In this document: positions 55,453 through 64,000 of the stretch, in pieces
Layout of the letters: each line of letters starts with the position of its first letter
How positions within the stretch are numbered: position 1 is the first letter of the stretch
DNA from: a virus
Taxonomy: Duplodnaviria; Caudoviricetes
Virus record (IMG/VR): IMGVR_UViG_3300034989_000047
Span: 1 to 64,000 of that record
Reading direction: 5' to 3' (one strand)
DNA length: 64,000 nucleotides
Position numbers and translations under genes: made by a program
Notes under the pieces: model-generated
The model's input: only the letters and a program-made list of their open reading frames with translations
Database searches by the model: none
Told to the model about the DNA's origin: nothing

Positions 55453-56823
55453 ATGGAAAAATTATTTTTTACTATGACTCCTGATTACGCGATGAGTTGG
55501 GGCTTATGGGAGGGGCTAAGGGAGCTGTTACAAAACTCCCTAGACGAGCTCGACCAAGGGGCTGAAATGAAAGTGTTCTATGAGAACGACACTTTGTATA
55601 TTCGTACTATGGGAGACGAAATTGGCGCGGATTCGTTTTTGTTAGGTGAGTCCGGAAAGAGGGAAATCAAGGGTTTGCGTGGAAAGCACGGGGAGGGATT
55701 GGCATTAGGGTTACTGGCTTTATGCAGAGCTGGTATAAAGGTTTGGGTGAAATCAGGAGATTATTCATGGGAGCCTTCTTTCGAGATGGTAAGGAGTCTT
55801 AATGGATTTGTTATCAATAGAGATTTATTTTGTTTAACGCAAAAACCAGTCAATGAACGTTATACTCAAGAAGTCCTTGTAGGTATAAGTATTCTCCCGG
55901 ATGTTTGGGAAGAATACAAAATTAAATTTTTACCACTTATAGAAGAGACAATCCCAGTTGACAAGTTCCATAAAGCTCCAATGGGTACATTGATTTTAGA
56001 CAAACGGTTCTCGGGAATGATATATTCTAAGGGAATATATGTTCAAACAAGAGATGATTTCGATTATGGTTACGATTTGAATAATCTTACTCTTGATCGT
56101 GATAGGAATATGTTACCGGATTTTGACGTGAAGTGGGAAGCCGGGCAGGTACTCTCCCATTATGAACAACAGTCTAAGTCCCGGGTAGTTTATGATTTGA
56201 TTCTTAAAGACAAGCCTGAATGTACTTTTCCAAATTTATCCGATGGTAGTCACGAAAGACTTGGTAAGTATTTTCAAGAAGACCACGGTGAGGACGCAGT
56301 TCCAGTTAGTTCAGAAGAAGAGTCCTCGGTTGTTCGGAGGGCAGGCAAGGTGCCTGTCATTGTCGGCGGTAGGGCAAAAGAGGTATTAAAAAAGTCGAAA
56401 GTTCCAGCGGTTTCAGACTTAGAAAAAGATTATTCAGTACAAGTTGTGCGAAATATCCATGACAGTGAGCTAACAGAGGTTCAGAGTACAGTGCTGAGAT
56501 ACGTTGTAGGTTTATACTATAAGTTAATAGGGGATATGGCAAAGTGGAAGTCTGATGAGATTGATGAAGAATTTATTGATTTTCTAATATTGTCTACATT
56601 TACGGTTGAAGTTGTAGAGCTATCTCGTGAAGATGCTTATTATTGCATTGACTATGATAATGAAGTTATCGGTATTACTACTGAAGTTCTACGGAATCGA
56701 GAATTTGCCCAAAGAATACTATTCCGTGGCATGGCAGATTATGCAGTAGCAAAGGAAAAAGTCTCTACAATTTTAACCGGAGTGGAACATTTATGGTCTA
56801 TATGTTATGATTTTTCAGTCTAA
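55453..56823 (+). CDS. GHKL (HATPase_c-like) ATPase-domain protein
   Basis: N-box LRELLQNSLDE; LGESGK..GKHGEGLALG. Confidence 0.75.
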   Translation: MEKLFFTMTPDYAMSWGLWEGLRELLQNSLDELDQGAEMKVFYENDTLYIRTMGDEIGADSFLLGESGKREIKGLRGKHGEGLALGLLALCRAGIKVWVKSGDYSWEPSFEMVRSLNGFVINRDLFCLTQKPVNERYTQEVLVGISILPDVWEEYKIKFLPLIEETIPVDKFHKAPMGTLILDKRFSGMIYSKGIYVQTRDDFDYGYDLNNLTLDRDRNMLPDFDVKWEAGQVLSHYEQQSKSRVVYDLILKDKPECTFPNLSDGSHERLGKYFQEDHGEDAVPVSSEEESSVVRRAGKVPVIVGGRAKEVLKKSKVPAVSDLEKDYSVQVVRNIHDSELTEVQSTVLRYVVGLYYKLIGDMAKWKSDEIDEEFIDFLILSTFTVEVVELSREDAYYCIDYDNEVIGITTEVLRNREFAQRILFRGMADYAVAKEKVSTILTGVEHLWSICYDFSV

Positions 56824-57031
56824 GTTCAATCGTACAGGTAAGAGTATGCAAAATTTTGAAAAGGGTTCTTTTTCTGTTGACTCATATAGTAGGTACTGTG
56901 TAGAGTAGTACGCGGAGTTAGCGGTTGAATAAATAAGAATTCTGTAAATTGAGGACTGCACGGTTACGTTAAGGTCTTCACTTTTAATAATGTGTGGACC
57001 ACTGTGCTAACCATTTCTACTAGGAGTATCA

Positions 57032-58141
57032 ATGAGCATCGAGGTATCTAGGGTGTTGGCGTATCCAGGATTAAGTGACAGAGAGGTTCGTGTTATTCTG
57101 ACTATCGAGGAGTTATCTAAAGTTAAGGATGTAATTAAAGAAGATCTCATCACTTATTTATCGATAAGTAAATCAACGGTTGAGAGGGTACTACGGAGTT
57201 TAAAACAAAAGGGGATACTTCTAATGAAAAGAAGCGGTCCCTATCGGTGGATATATTCCTTTACTGCGGCTCTTCATTCGGATGACGATGCAGTGGGTCT
57301 TCATCCGGATGACGCCTCGGGAGACCTTCAGAATGGGGGCTCTGCAGTGGGTCTTCAGTCAGATGAAGACCCACAAGAAAGAGGGACTCTTTCTCTTTTC
57401 TTCTCTTCTTCCCTAGCTTTATTTAAAAATACTATTACTTATTTGGGTCCCCCAAATGTGGCTCTTCACCTGAGTGAAGACCCACGAGTCAAAATGGCTC
57501 CATTGAGGTTTAAGCAGAGGAGCTCCTTGTCAGATGCGCTTGAAGAAGTCGTCTCTAGACCCCCGAAGGAGAAACCACCGAAGAAGCCTTTCAGTTGGCC
57601 GAGTAGGGAAGAACGTCTTAGAGACAAAATGGAAGACAAGTCTCTTGACGAATACAACTGCAACGATATGCGGTTTGTTTTTGAAGACGCTTGGAAAGCG
57701 AAGGGATGGAGGGGGAGCATCCCTAGATGGGTGGGGAAGGACCGGGGGCTTATGAAACGCCTTATTGTTAATTATGGTGCTGAGCAAGTTGTGCTGTACG
57801 TTAAGTACGTAATTAAAAATTGGGAAGACGTATGTCGTAGGTATAAGATCCACGGTTACCCGACGGTTGGGATACTGTCTGCGTATAGTAGGTCTCTTTA
57901 TCCAGAGATGGTTAACGGATTGCCTGTTGTGCATGATAACGAGTATCGGGATAGATCCATGGTGGTGGACGCCAGTGTCGAGGAGTTTAGAGAGAAACGC
58001 GGTATGAGCAAGGAGGAACGGGATGCTGAGTCTCGTTTGGCGCGGAAGTATGGTCTAGGTGATTATGAGCTACAGCTCATATCGTCTCGGGGATTGAGTG
58101 TTGAAGAATTTATTGCGGAGACATTCGGTGAGGACAGTTAG
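57032..58141 (+). CDS. Replication initiator with N-terminal winged HTH
   Basis: KEDLITYLSISKSTVERVLRSLKQKGIL; upstream of the DnaC-like and DnaB genes; internal DNA repeats. Confidence 0.7.
   Translation: MSIEVSRVLAYPGLSDREVRVILTIEELSKVKDVIKEDLITYLSISKSTVERVLRSLKQKGILLMKRSGPYRWIYSFTAALHSDDDAVGLHPDDASGDLQNGGSAVGLQSDEDPQERGTLSLFFSSSLALFKNTITYLGPPNVALHLSEDPRVKMAPLRFKQRSSLSDALEEVVSRPPKEKPPKKPFSWPSREERLRDKMEDKSLDEYNCNDMRFVFEDAWKAKGWRGSIPRWVGKDRGLMKRLIVNYGAEQVVLYVKYVIKNWEDVCRRYKIHGYPTVGILSAYSRSLYPEMVNGLPVVHDNEYRDRSMVVDASVEEFREKRGMSKEERDAESRLARKYGLGDYELQLISSRGLSVEEFIAETFGEDS
57266..57485. repeat. Iteron-like repeats plus AT-rich tract (putative origin)
   Basis: Four GYGGSTCTTCA-N6-TGA units at 57266, 57293, 57347 and 57458; 57347-57374 is a perfect 11-bp inverted repeat. 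Confidence 0.75.
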
Positions 58142-58222
58142 TCGAGTAAAGGCAATTAAGGCTGGATGTTTTATGCTATATTCTTTTTGATGTTGTTGAT
58201 GAAAAGCATAAGTGGAGGAGCG

Positions 58223-58525
58223 ATGGCCAGCGAAAAAAGAACCGTAAGCCCGAGAAGTCTGATTCGGTGCAAGCATATCTTCATAACCCCGGATGAGACG
58301 GGGAAGAAATTTTGGGTAAAGCTTATTGATTTTACTTCAGGGAAAACCATCGGGCATTCCGGGGGCCGGGTAGTGCATGTGTTAAAGGCATATAGCGAGA
58401 ACGATATTGCGAGGTTCTGCCGAGATTGGGCAGTACGGTTTAAAGTCCCTCCGGAGGCAATCATACGGGGGAAAACCCCGGAAAAATATCATGAAGAGTA
58501 CAAAGAAACATGGGGGGTTGGATGA
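58223..58525 (+). CDS. Hypothetical protein
   Basis: GGAGGAG RBS before ATG at 58223. Confidence 0.6.
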   Translation: MASEKRTVSPRSLIRCKHIFITPDETGKKFWVKLIDFTSGKTIGHSGGRVVHVLKAYSENDIARFCRDWAVRFKVPPEAIIRGKTPEKYHEEYKETWGVG

Positions 58526-59142
58526 CGAAGCTCCGAAGAGGACACATGCATCTTATGAACATTGGGGTGAAATATTGGAGGGCAACCAGAGCGGCTTTAA
58601 GTGAAGCTCAGAGAGCCGCTTGTGGGTATTACCTTTCTCATATGGATGAGTTTGTACCTTCTGGAGTTGGAGTCTTCTTGCATGGGGATAACGGCGTTGG
58701 GAAGTCTTATTTGGGTTCCGTTATGTGCAAAGTCGCTTGGGGGATGTATGGATACCCTAGTTTTTGTGTAACGGCTTCGGAGCTGAAGGAGGCCTGGATT
58801 ACAGATAGGCCGGTGTATCCTGAAGCGCGGCAAACGGTTAGTGAACGAGCAAACGACGTTCGTTTTTTAGTCATTGATGATTTAGGCAAGGAGTACCGAG
58901 CAGGCTCCGGGTTTGCTGAGAATCGATTTGGGGCCTTGATTAGAAGTCGGGTACGTGACGGTAAGGTTACGGTTATAACTACAAACTTTTCCATGAAGGA
59001 GTTTGAGGGGACCTACGGCCGGTCTACTTGTGAGTTGGCTCGCGAGAGTATGCACATAATAAATTTGGTCGATGTTAATCACAGGAGTGCCGAGGCGTTT
59101 AAGTTGCTGAGGCAAGTATCAAAGTTTCAAGGAGTAAAGTGA
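58522..59142 (+). CDS. DnaC/IstB-like helicase loader (AAA+)
   Basis: Walker A GDNGVGKS; Walker B LVIDDLGKE; TVITTN. Confidence 0.85.
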   Translation: MTKLRRGHMHLMNIGVKYWRATRAALSEAQRAACGYYLSHMDEFVPSGVGVFLHGDNGVGKSYLGSVMCKVAWGMYGYPSFCVTASELKEAWITDRPVYPEARQTVSERANDVRFLVIDDLGKEYRAGSGFAENRFGALIRSRVRDGKVTVITTNFSMKEFEGTYGRSTCELARESMHIINLVDVNHRSAEAFKLLRQVSKFQGVK

Positions 59143-60110
59143 TGGCTAGAGTGCAAGTTGTTAATTTCGGGAAATATCGGGGGATGAAGATACATGGAAG
59201 CACGATTATGAGCCCCCCGATGGCTGAGAATCATTTAGATGAAGCATCATGGTTGACTGCAATGGTCGAGAGTAACGGCCGTTTTGGGTGTGTGATGAAT
59301 TATGATGGAACGGGAATGACTGCGGGTATCCATCAGGCAATCGCGGTTTATCCTTCGGCTCTTGCGGACAATAATCGAGCCAATGACCAGGGGCCCTTGT
59401 GGAAGTTGCTTGATGAGTTTAGAACTCTTGGTTTAACGGCAGCTATAGATCGGCATCTTAAAGAATATGGTGTGTATCTATCCTTGGATGGCAAGTGTGT
59501 ATCCGAGGATACAGGTAAGCCGGTTATCGGTCAGTTTATCCGGAACATGTTCACAGGAGATGCTGAGGGATTTATGCCTTTAGATGGTAAGGGAAGAAGG
59601 GAGTGTCGTAGATGGGTTGTGGAGTTTCATGAGGCGTTTTCAGAGCCATATGGTTTGGATGCACAGTTGAATTACGGTAAACGTCATTTTGAGTCCATGA
59701 GCCGGCGTAGGCTCCGTTTTTGTCGTAATGATGCATATGCAAAAATGACCTTGTCTGAGGTGTTCTACGATGGGGTTTCGTTAACAGCCGTTTGTGGTTT
59801 GCCCGACCATTACAGTTTAGCTATGAGCATGTTTTGGAGCCATTCGGTTAATGCTCCAGGGTATGCTCTAAAAGTCCTTTGCAGAAAAGTCGTAGATAAG
59901 CTTGGAGTTGAAGCCATAAAGGAGCAGAGCCCTATGGTCTCGAAAGCTATAGTTGCTGCCTTTGGTAATTCTTCGTTTGGTCGTTGGAGTGATGACTTGG
60001 AAAACGGTCGGTATCAGAGAACTCGGAACTATGCTAAGAAGTACTGGGATGCAGGGTTGTTTGATGTAGAGTGCATTATGCCTTATAAAGTATCAAGGAG
60101 GACAGCATGA
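59139..60110 (+). CDS. Putative lysozyme-fold protein (candidate endolysin)
   Basis: VESNGRFGCVMNYDGTGMTAGIHQ resembles the E-x(n)-N-x-D-x-x-G-x-x-x-G-x-x-Q lysozyme-like signature. Confidence 0.45.
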   Translation: MMARVQVVNFGKYRGMKIHGSTIMSPPMAENHLDEASWLTAMVESNGRFGCVMNYDGTGMTAGIHQAIAVYPSALADNNRANDQGPLWKLLDEFRTLGLTAAIDRHLKEYGVYLSLDGKCVSEDTGKPVIGQFIRNMFTGDAEGFMPLDGKGRRECRRWVVEFHEAFSEPYGLDAQLNYGKRHFESMSRRRLRFCRNDAYAKMTLSEVFYDGVSLTAVCGLPDHYSLAMSMFWSHSVNAPGYALKVLCRKVVDKLGVEAIKEQSPMVSKAIVAAFGNSSFGRWSDDLENGRYQRTRNYAKKYWDAGLFDVECIMPYKVSRRTA

Positions 60111-60532
60111 GCGATAAAGATTGGATAGGAGTTGAGTTGGATGGGACATTAGCCACAGAGGTTTCCTACCAGGATGCTTTAGGGATTGGGCAGCCCGTGG
60201 CTATGATGGTTAAGCGTGTGAAGTGGTGGTTGGACGAGGGGAAAGACGTTCGAATAATTACGGCCAGAGTGGAAGGCATAACCAGTCCTGCTGTAACTGC
60301 AGGTATTCGTGATTGGTGCATTAGGAATCTTGGGAAAATTCTTCCTATAGTGAGTGGGATTGATGAGGGAACTACGGAGTTTTGGTCGGCAAGAGCTGTT
60401 CAAGTAGTAAAAAATACCGGAAGGATCTCGAGTAGTGAGAATTTGTGGCGAGACCAACGGATGTTTGATGCTCGAGCACAAGACCGGAAGGACCGCTTGG
60501 CTAAGATAGCTGCTCGAAAGACCGATAAGTGA
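60107..60532 (+). CDS. HAD-like phage protein with non-canonical active site
   Basis: WIGVELDGTLA, IGQPV, VRIITARV, EFWSARAVQV. Confidence 0.7.
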   Translation: MSDKDWIGVELDGTLATEVSYQDALGIGQPVAMMVKRVKWWLDEGKDVRIITARVEGITSPAVTAGIRDWCIRNLGKILPIVSGIDEGTTEFWSARAVQVVKNTGRISSSENLWRDQRMFDARAQDRKDRLAKIAARKTDK

Positions 60533-60533
60533 A

Positions 60534-61052
60534 GTGGAAAAGGATGCTACAGTTTTGGGTAGGATTTTACGTCTCACTTGTGTCAGCCAAGATGTGGCTT
60601 CATGGATTGTAGTTCTATGCGTTCGTCTTCTTTATGGGGGTCGACTGTGGTTCTTTGGCGGCCTGTGGTGTGAACTCCCCCTTGGGAAAGCCACGTGCCG
60701 GCATGTTCGCCCTCTAGGGCACGGGGGGTGGTATAGACCGCCTAAGCATGTAAGTAGAGCAGAAGGGCAACAGTACGCTTTGAGAGAAGCTGTGGATTAT
60801 GTAGTTGATTATGAAGTGTATAGTTTGTTCAGGTGGATATTTAGATTGCCTTATGCTGGTTTGTTTTGTTTTTTTGTGGGGTTTAAATATTTTTTATTGG
60901 TCTATGTTCTTTCAGGGGTTCAGTTTGGATTATTGGGCTTTGAAATGAGACAAAAAGTCATAAGGTTTTTGAGATCAAGGTATGCTGTTGGTACTCTGGG
61001 GGTCTATGAGGTTGCAGAAGAGTACATGAAGTATAAAGTCGGCATTCGATAG
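60534..61052 (+). CDS. Hypothetical membrane protein
   Basis: Hydrophobic segments; in operon. Confidence 0.5.
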   Translation: MEKDATVLGRILRLTCVSQDVASWIVVLCVRLLYGGRLWFFGGLWCELPLGKATCRHVRPLGHGGWYRPPKHVSRAEGQQYALREAVDYVVDYEVYSLFRWIFRLPYAGLFCFFVGFKYFLLVYVLSGVQFGLLGFEMRQKVIRFLRSRYAVGTLGVYEVAEEYMKYKVGIR

Positions 61053-61060
61053 GTTTAGAT

Positions 61061-61492
61061 ATGCTTAGAGGTGAGTTGTCTAACATGCTGTCACCCATGT
61101 TTGGGGTGGATTTCCGGATTCTTTTGGAGGAGCCAGAGAGTTCAAAAGTCGGCAAGATTGTCGATAGGTTTCTTATGGCTTCAGGTATGCCAGGGTTTCT
61201 GATGTATCGGTACAAGTGGAGGGATGGGGCGGTAGATTGGATTAGTAGGGAGTTTGAGTACAGAGCAGTAGGGTTTATTGTGGGGAAGGGTGTCTATTCA
61301 GAAATTATAAAAGAAGTTCTTTTACAAGGGTTATCCGATGTGTTGTTGTTTGATGACCGATACAAATTCAAGCAGTGGGTTTGTGTAGCGCCAGATTTAG
61401 TTAGGGTATTCACAAATGACCCGTATCTTTTGGGGTTAAATAAAGTCGTAGATAGGCATTCAGGATGGACAGAGAGGGTACATGGACTATGA
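61061..61492 (+). CDS. Hypothetical protein
   Basis: In operon; overlaps the DnaB start. Confidence 0.6.
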   Translation: MLRGELSNMLSPMFGVDFRILLEEPESSKVGKIVDRFLMASGMPGFLMYRYKWRDGAVDWISREFEYRAVGFIVGKGVYSEIIKEVLLQGLSDVLLFDDRYKFKQWVCVAPDLVRVFTNDPYLLGLNKVVDRHSGWTERVHGL

Positions 61493-62741
61493 ATCAATAG
61501 CAATATCGAAGGCTATTATTGATAATGCGGTCGGGGAAATTATCGACAAGGGTATAAAGGATGATTATTTTGTTACCAATTTGTCGGTATGGCAGTTTGT
61601 TCTATGGTCTTATCGTGAGCATGGTGGACCCCCTTCTATAGAGATTGTTCAGCAACATTTTCCGAGTTTTGAGGTTAAGAAGTCGGATGCTCCAGTAGGG
61701 CTTATAGTAGATGAGCTGAAAAAGCGACATATTCACAACGCGATGCGTGAGTCTCTTCGAGGTATGGCTCGATTGATGGAGAAGGCGAAGCCATTAGACG
61801 CGTTCGGGTTGATGAAGGAGACGGTATTAAGGATACAGGCCGACGAAGATTCTTCTAGGGATGTGAATCTAGTTGAAAATACTGAGGCGCGATTAAGCGA
61901 GTATAATGACATTGCAAAGTGCGAGGGGATGATAGGCATACCTACGCCTTGGAAGATGTTGAATGAGGCTACGTTAGGTTTACAGTCTGAAGATTTAATA
62001 ATGCTGGCGGGTAGAAGTGGGGTGGGTAAGACCTGGAGTGAGGTTGTTTTTGCTTGTACTGAGTGGATGATGGGCTATGTCCCGTTAGTTATTTCAAATG
62101 AAATGTCAGTGAAGCAAATGGTCAGGCGCATTGATGCTACTTGTGCTAAATTGCCTTATAAGAGATTTAGAGCAGGTATGCTTAGTGGAGAAGAGTTGGA
62201 GAGGTGGGAGCGTTCGTTGCGTGACATGAAAGATGGGTTGCCATTTTGGGTTTCAGGGGATAGGAGGCAACTTACTGTCACGGGGATACGTGCCAAGGTT
62301 CGAAAGTATAAGCCGAATGTTCTATGGATTGATGGCGGGTATTTACTTTCGGATGAGTCGCATGGACGGCAGTCTTGGGAGCGATGGTCTAATGTCTGTG
62401 GTCAACTTAAGAGATTGGGACAAGACGAGGGCATACCGGTAGGTATTTCACATCAGTTTAATTTGGAGGGTAGGGGGTCTGAAGGTTCGGCCGATACACT
62501 TAAGTATGGTGATGTGAAAATGTGGTTTGATCTTATTTTGGGTATGTACCAGACAGATGAATTAAGGTTGAATAAAGAGATGTTGTTCAGGGTGTTGAAG
62601 ATACGGGAGAGTGAAGAGTTCAACGTGGAGTGGGTCAGTGGATGGGATTTGGATGCGATGGAGTTCCCAGATAAAGGTCCGGGTACAGAAGAGGTCAAAA
62701 GGGCACAGGAAGTTATGGTAACTGAAGAAATAGATTATTGA
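61482..62741 (+). CDS. dnaB: Replicative DNA helicase (DnaB-like)
   Basis: AGRSGVGKT, ISNEMS, LWIDG, LKRLG..IPV..HQFN. Confidence 0.9.
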   Translation: MDYESIAISKAIIDNAVGEIIDKGIKDDYFVTNLSVWQFVLWSYREHGGPPSIEIVQQHFPSFEVKKSDAPVGLIVDELKKRHIHNAMRESLRGMARLMEKAKPLDAFGLMKETVLRIQADEDSSRDVNLVENTEARLSEYNDIAKCEGMIGIPTPWKMLNEATLGLQSEDLIMLAGRSGVGKTWSEVVFACTEWMMGYVPLVISNEMSVKQMVRRIDATCAKLPYKRFRAGMLSGEELERWERSLRDMKDGLPFWVSGDRRQLTVTGIRAKVRKYKPNVLWIDGGYLLSDESHGRQSWERWSNVCGQLKRLGQDEGIPVGISHQFNLEGRGSEGSADTLKYGDVKMWFDLILGMYQTDELRLNKEMLFRVLKIRESEEFNVEWVSGWDLDAMEFPDKGPGTEEVKRAQEVMVTEEIDY

Positions 62742-62995
62742 GGAGAGTCATGTTTATAGAAGTCGGGGAAAAGGACTTTAAAAAGTTAGTTGAGGTTATC
62801 AAGTATGTCATTTCACGTGAGGGCGAAGTGGTTGACACCGTTATGGTGGAGCATCTTCATGGAGTGCTATCGGAAGTTGTTGATCATGTAAAGAATGAAC
62901 GTTTCGGTAGAGTTGGGGGTAGGGCCTCCGGGGTGGCGATGCAAATAGATGCGGTATTGCCGTTGTTCGGCGGAAATAGGGGCGAGGGCGAATAG
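62738..62995 (+). CDS. Small hypothetical protein
   Basis: Coupled to both neighbours. Confidence 0.5.
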   Translation: MRRVMFIEVGEKDFKKLVEVIKYVISREGEVVDTVMVEHLHGVLSEVVDHVKNERFGRVGGRASGVAMQIDAVLPLFGGNRGEGE

Positions 62996-64000
62996 TGAAC
63001 AAGAAGCAATTATGGAAGATGCTTGAGGAGTTAGGAGTCAAAGAAGTCATAGAGTATGAAAAAAATGTTCAGATCCCTTGTCTGTTAGCTGAGTGGCGGT
63101 TTGGCCATACTAAAGGAAGCGACCACGCTGGGTCTATGGGCATTTCTTTTAATGATAAGGGAAAGCCATCGTTGGTGAATTGCTTTGCATGCCAGTTTAA
63201 AGGTAATTTGTCCTATTTGTTGTTCAAGTATGCTCAATTATCGGGGAAAAATATACAAAAGATTAGGGATTGGGTTGATGATATTGAGGAAGGTGATCCA
63301 ATTCAGATGGTTTTGGATATACGCGGGTTTGATGAAAGGGATGGTGAGGAGGTTCATAAGGTCGATACTTTATGTGAAGGCTTGTTGAGTATGCATTTTG
63401 AGAGTGGGTACAGACCGGAGGTGTTGGCCAAGAGAGGTCTGGAAGACGACACCCTAGGTGCATGGGAATGCATGTATGATCGTAGATTTAATCGGTTTGT
63501 ATTTCCAGTAAGAGAGATGCAAAAACCTATTGGGTACAATTGTTTTAATTATTCCAATTTAGTTGGGGCAGTAGGGCGCTCAGTGGCAGGGAAAAAGAGG
63601 TATCACAATTATTTTAATTTTCCTACATCGAGATATTTTCTAGGTGAGCATTTAGCTCAGAAGGATACTGTTGCTGTAGTTGTTGAGGGAGTGGTGGATA
63701 CCATTTCTGTTTGGCAGGAGATACACCGAGCCGGGAGGTCTGATGAATATAGTGTATTGGGTCTTTTGGGTACGGAGGTGTCTGGTAAGAGGGAGAAGTT
63801 CCTATGCGACAACTTTAAGTCTGTAGTTGCATTTTTTGATAATGACCCGGCCGGATGGACGGGACAAAGAAAGCTTATTGTAGCTATTCAGGATAAGACT
63901 CTGTTGAGAGGAGTGAGGTATCCGAGAGTAGCTGGATATGTCAAAAGTGACCCGGCCAAGTTGGTAGAGGATGGGGTGGATGTAATATCGCTTATCGATA
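62995..64000 (+). CDS. DNA primase (Zn finger + Toprim), truncated by the window end
   Basis: Not in the ORF track because no stop falls in the window. GTG at 62995 gives MNKKQLW..IPC..H..NCFAC; in-frame VVEGVVD and FFDNDPAG Toprim motifs. Confidence 0.85.
   Translation, partial: MNKKQLWKMLEELGVKEVIEYEKNVQIPCLLAEWRFGHTKGSDHAGSMGISFNDKGKPSLVNCFACQFKGNLSYLLFKYAQLSGKNIQKIRDWVDDIEEGDPIQMVLDIRGFDERDGEEVHKVDTLCEGLLSMHFESGYRPEVLAKRGLEDDTLGAWECMYDRRFNRFVFPVREMQKPIGYNCFNYSNLVGAVGRSVAGKKRYHNYFNFPTSRYFLGEHLAQKDTVAVVVEGVVDTISVWQEIHRAGRSDEYSVLGLLGTEVSGKREKFLCDNFKSVVAFFDNDPAGWTGQRKLIVAIQDKTLLRGVRYPRVAGYVKSDPAKLVEDGVDVISLID

Noticed and set aside
1-64000. tRNA/rRNA genes, integrase, or alternative genetic code
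   Set aside because: None recognised by eye; standard-code ORFs tile the window densely and use all three stop codons

Overview
The window is most of a tailed dsDNA phage genome of myovirus type, coded almost entirely on the + strand. From left to right: (1) a ~2.2 kb mostly non-coding region with long hairpins, abutting palindromes, two direct-repeat families and a C-rich to G-rich switch; (2) a tandem array of 12 divergent RyR-domain (ryanodine-receptor repeat, PF02026-like) genes at 2.3-11.2 kb, interrupted by one lone minus-strand gene; (3) small accessory genes, a histone-H1-like basic protein and an Asp-Thr-repeat lipoprotein, which hints at a Myxococcota/deltaproteobacterial host; (4) an intein-containing large terminase, portal, scaffold and N4-gp56-like capsid; (5) a contractile tail whose genes resemble eCIS (Afp/PVC) loci, with a -1 frameshifted chaperone; (6) fibre genes including a putative glycoside hydrolase and an embedded GT25 glycosyltransferase; (7) holin/spanin-like genes; (8) a replication module with an HTH initiator carrying internal iterons, a DnaC-like loader, DnaB and a primase that runs off the end. 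The RyR paralogue array is the best candidate for an undescribed system, possibly a diversified anti-defence or nucleotide-signal-binding arsenal. All family assignments are from motif recognition by eye; no searches were run.
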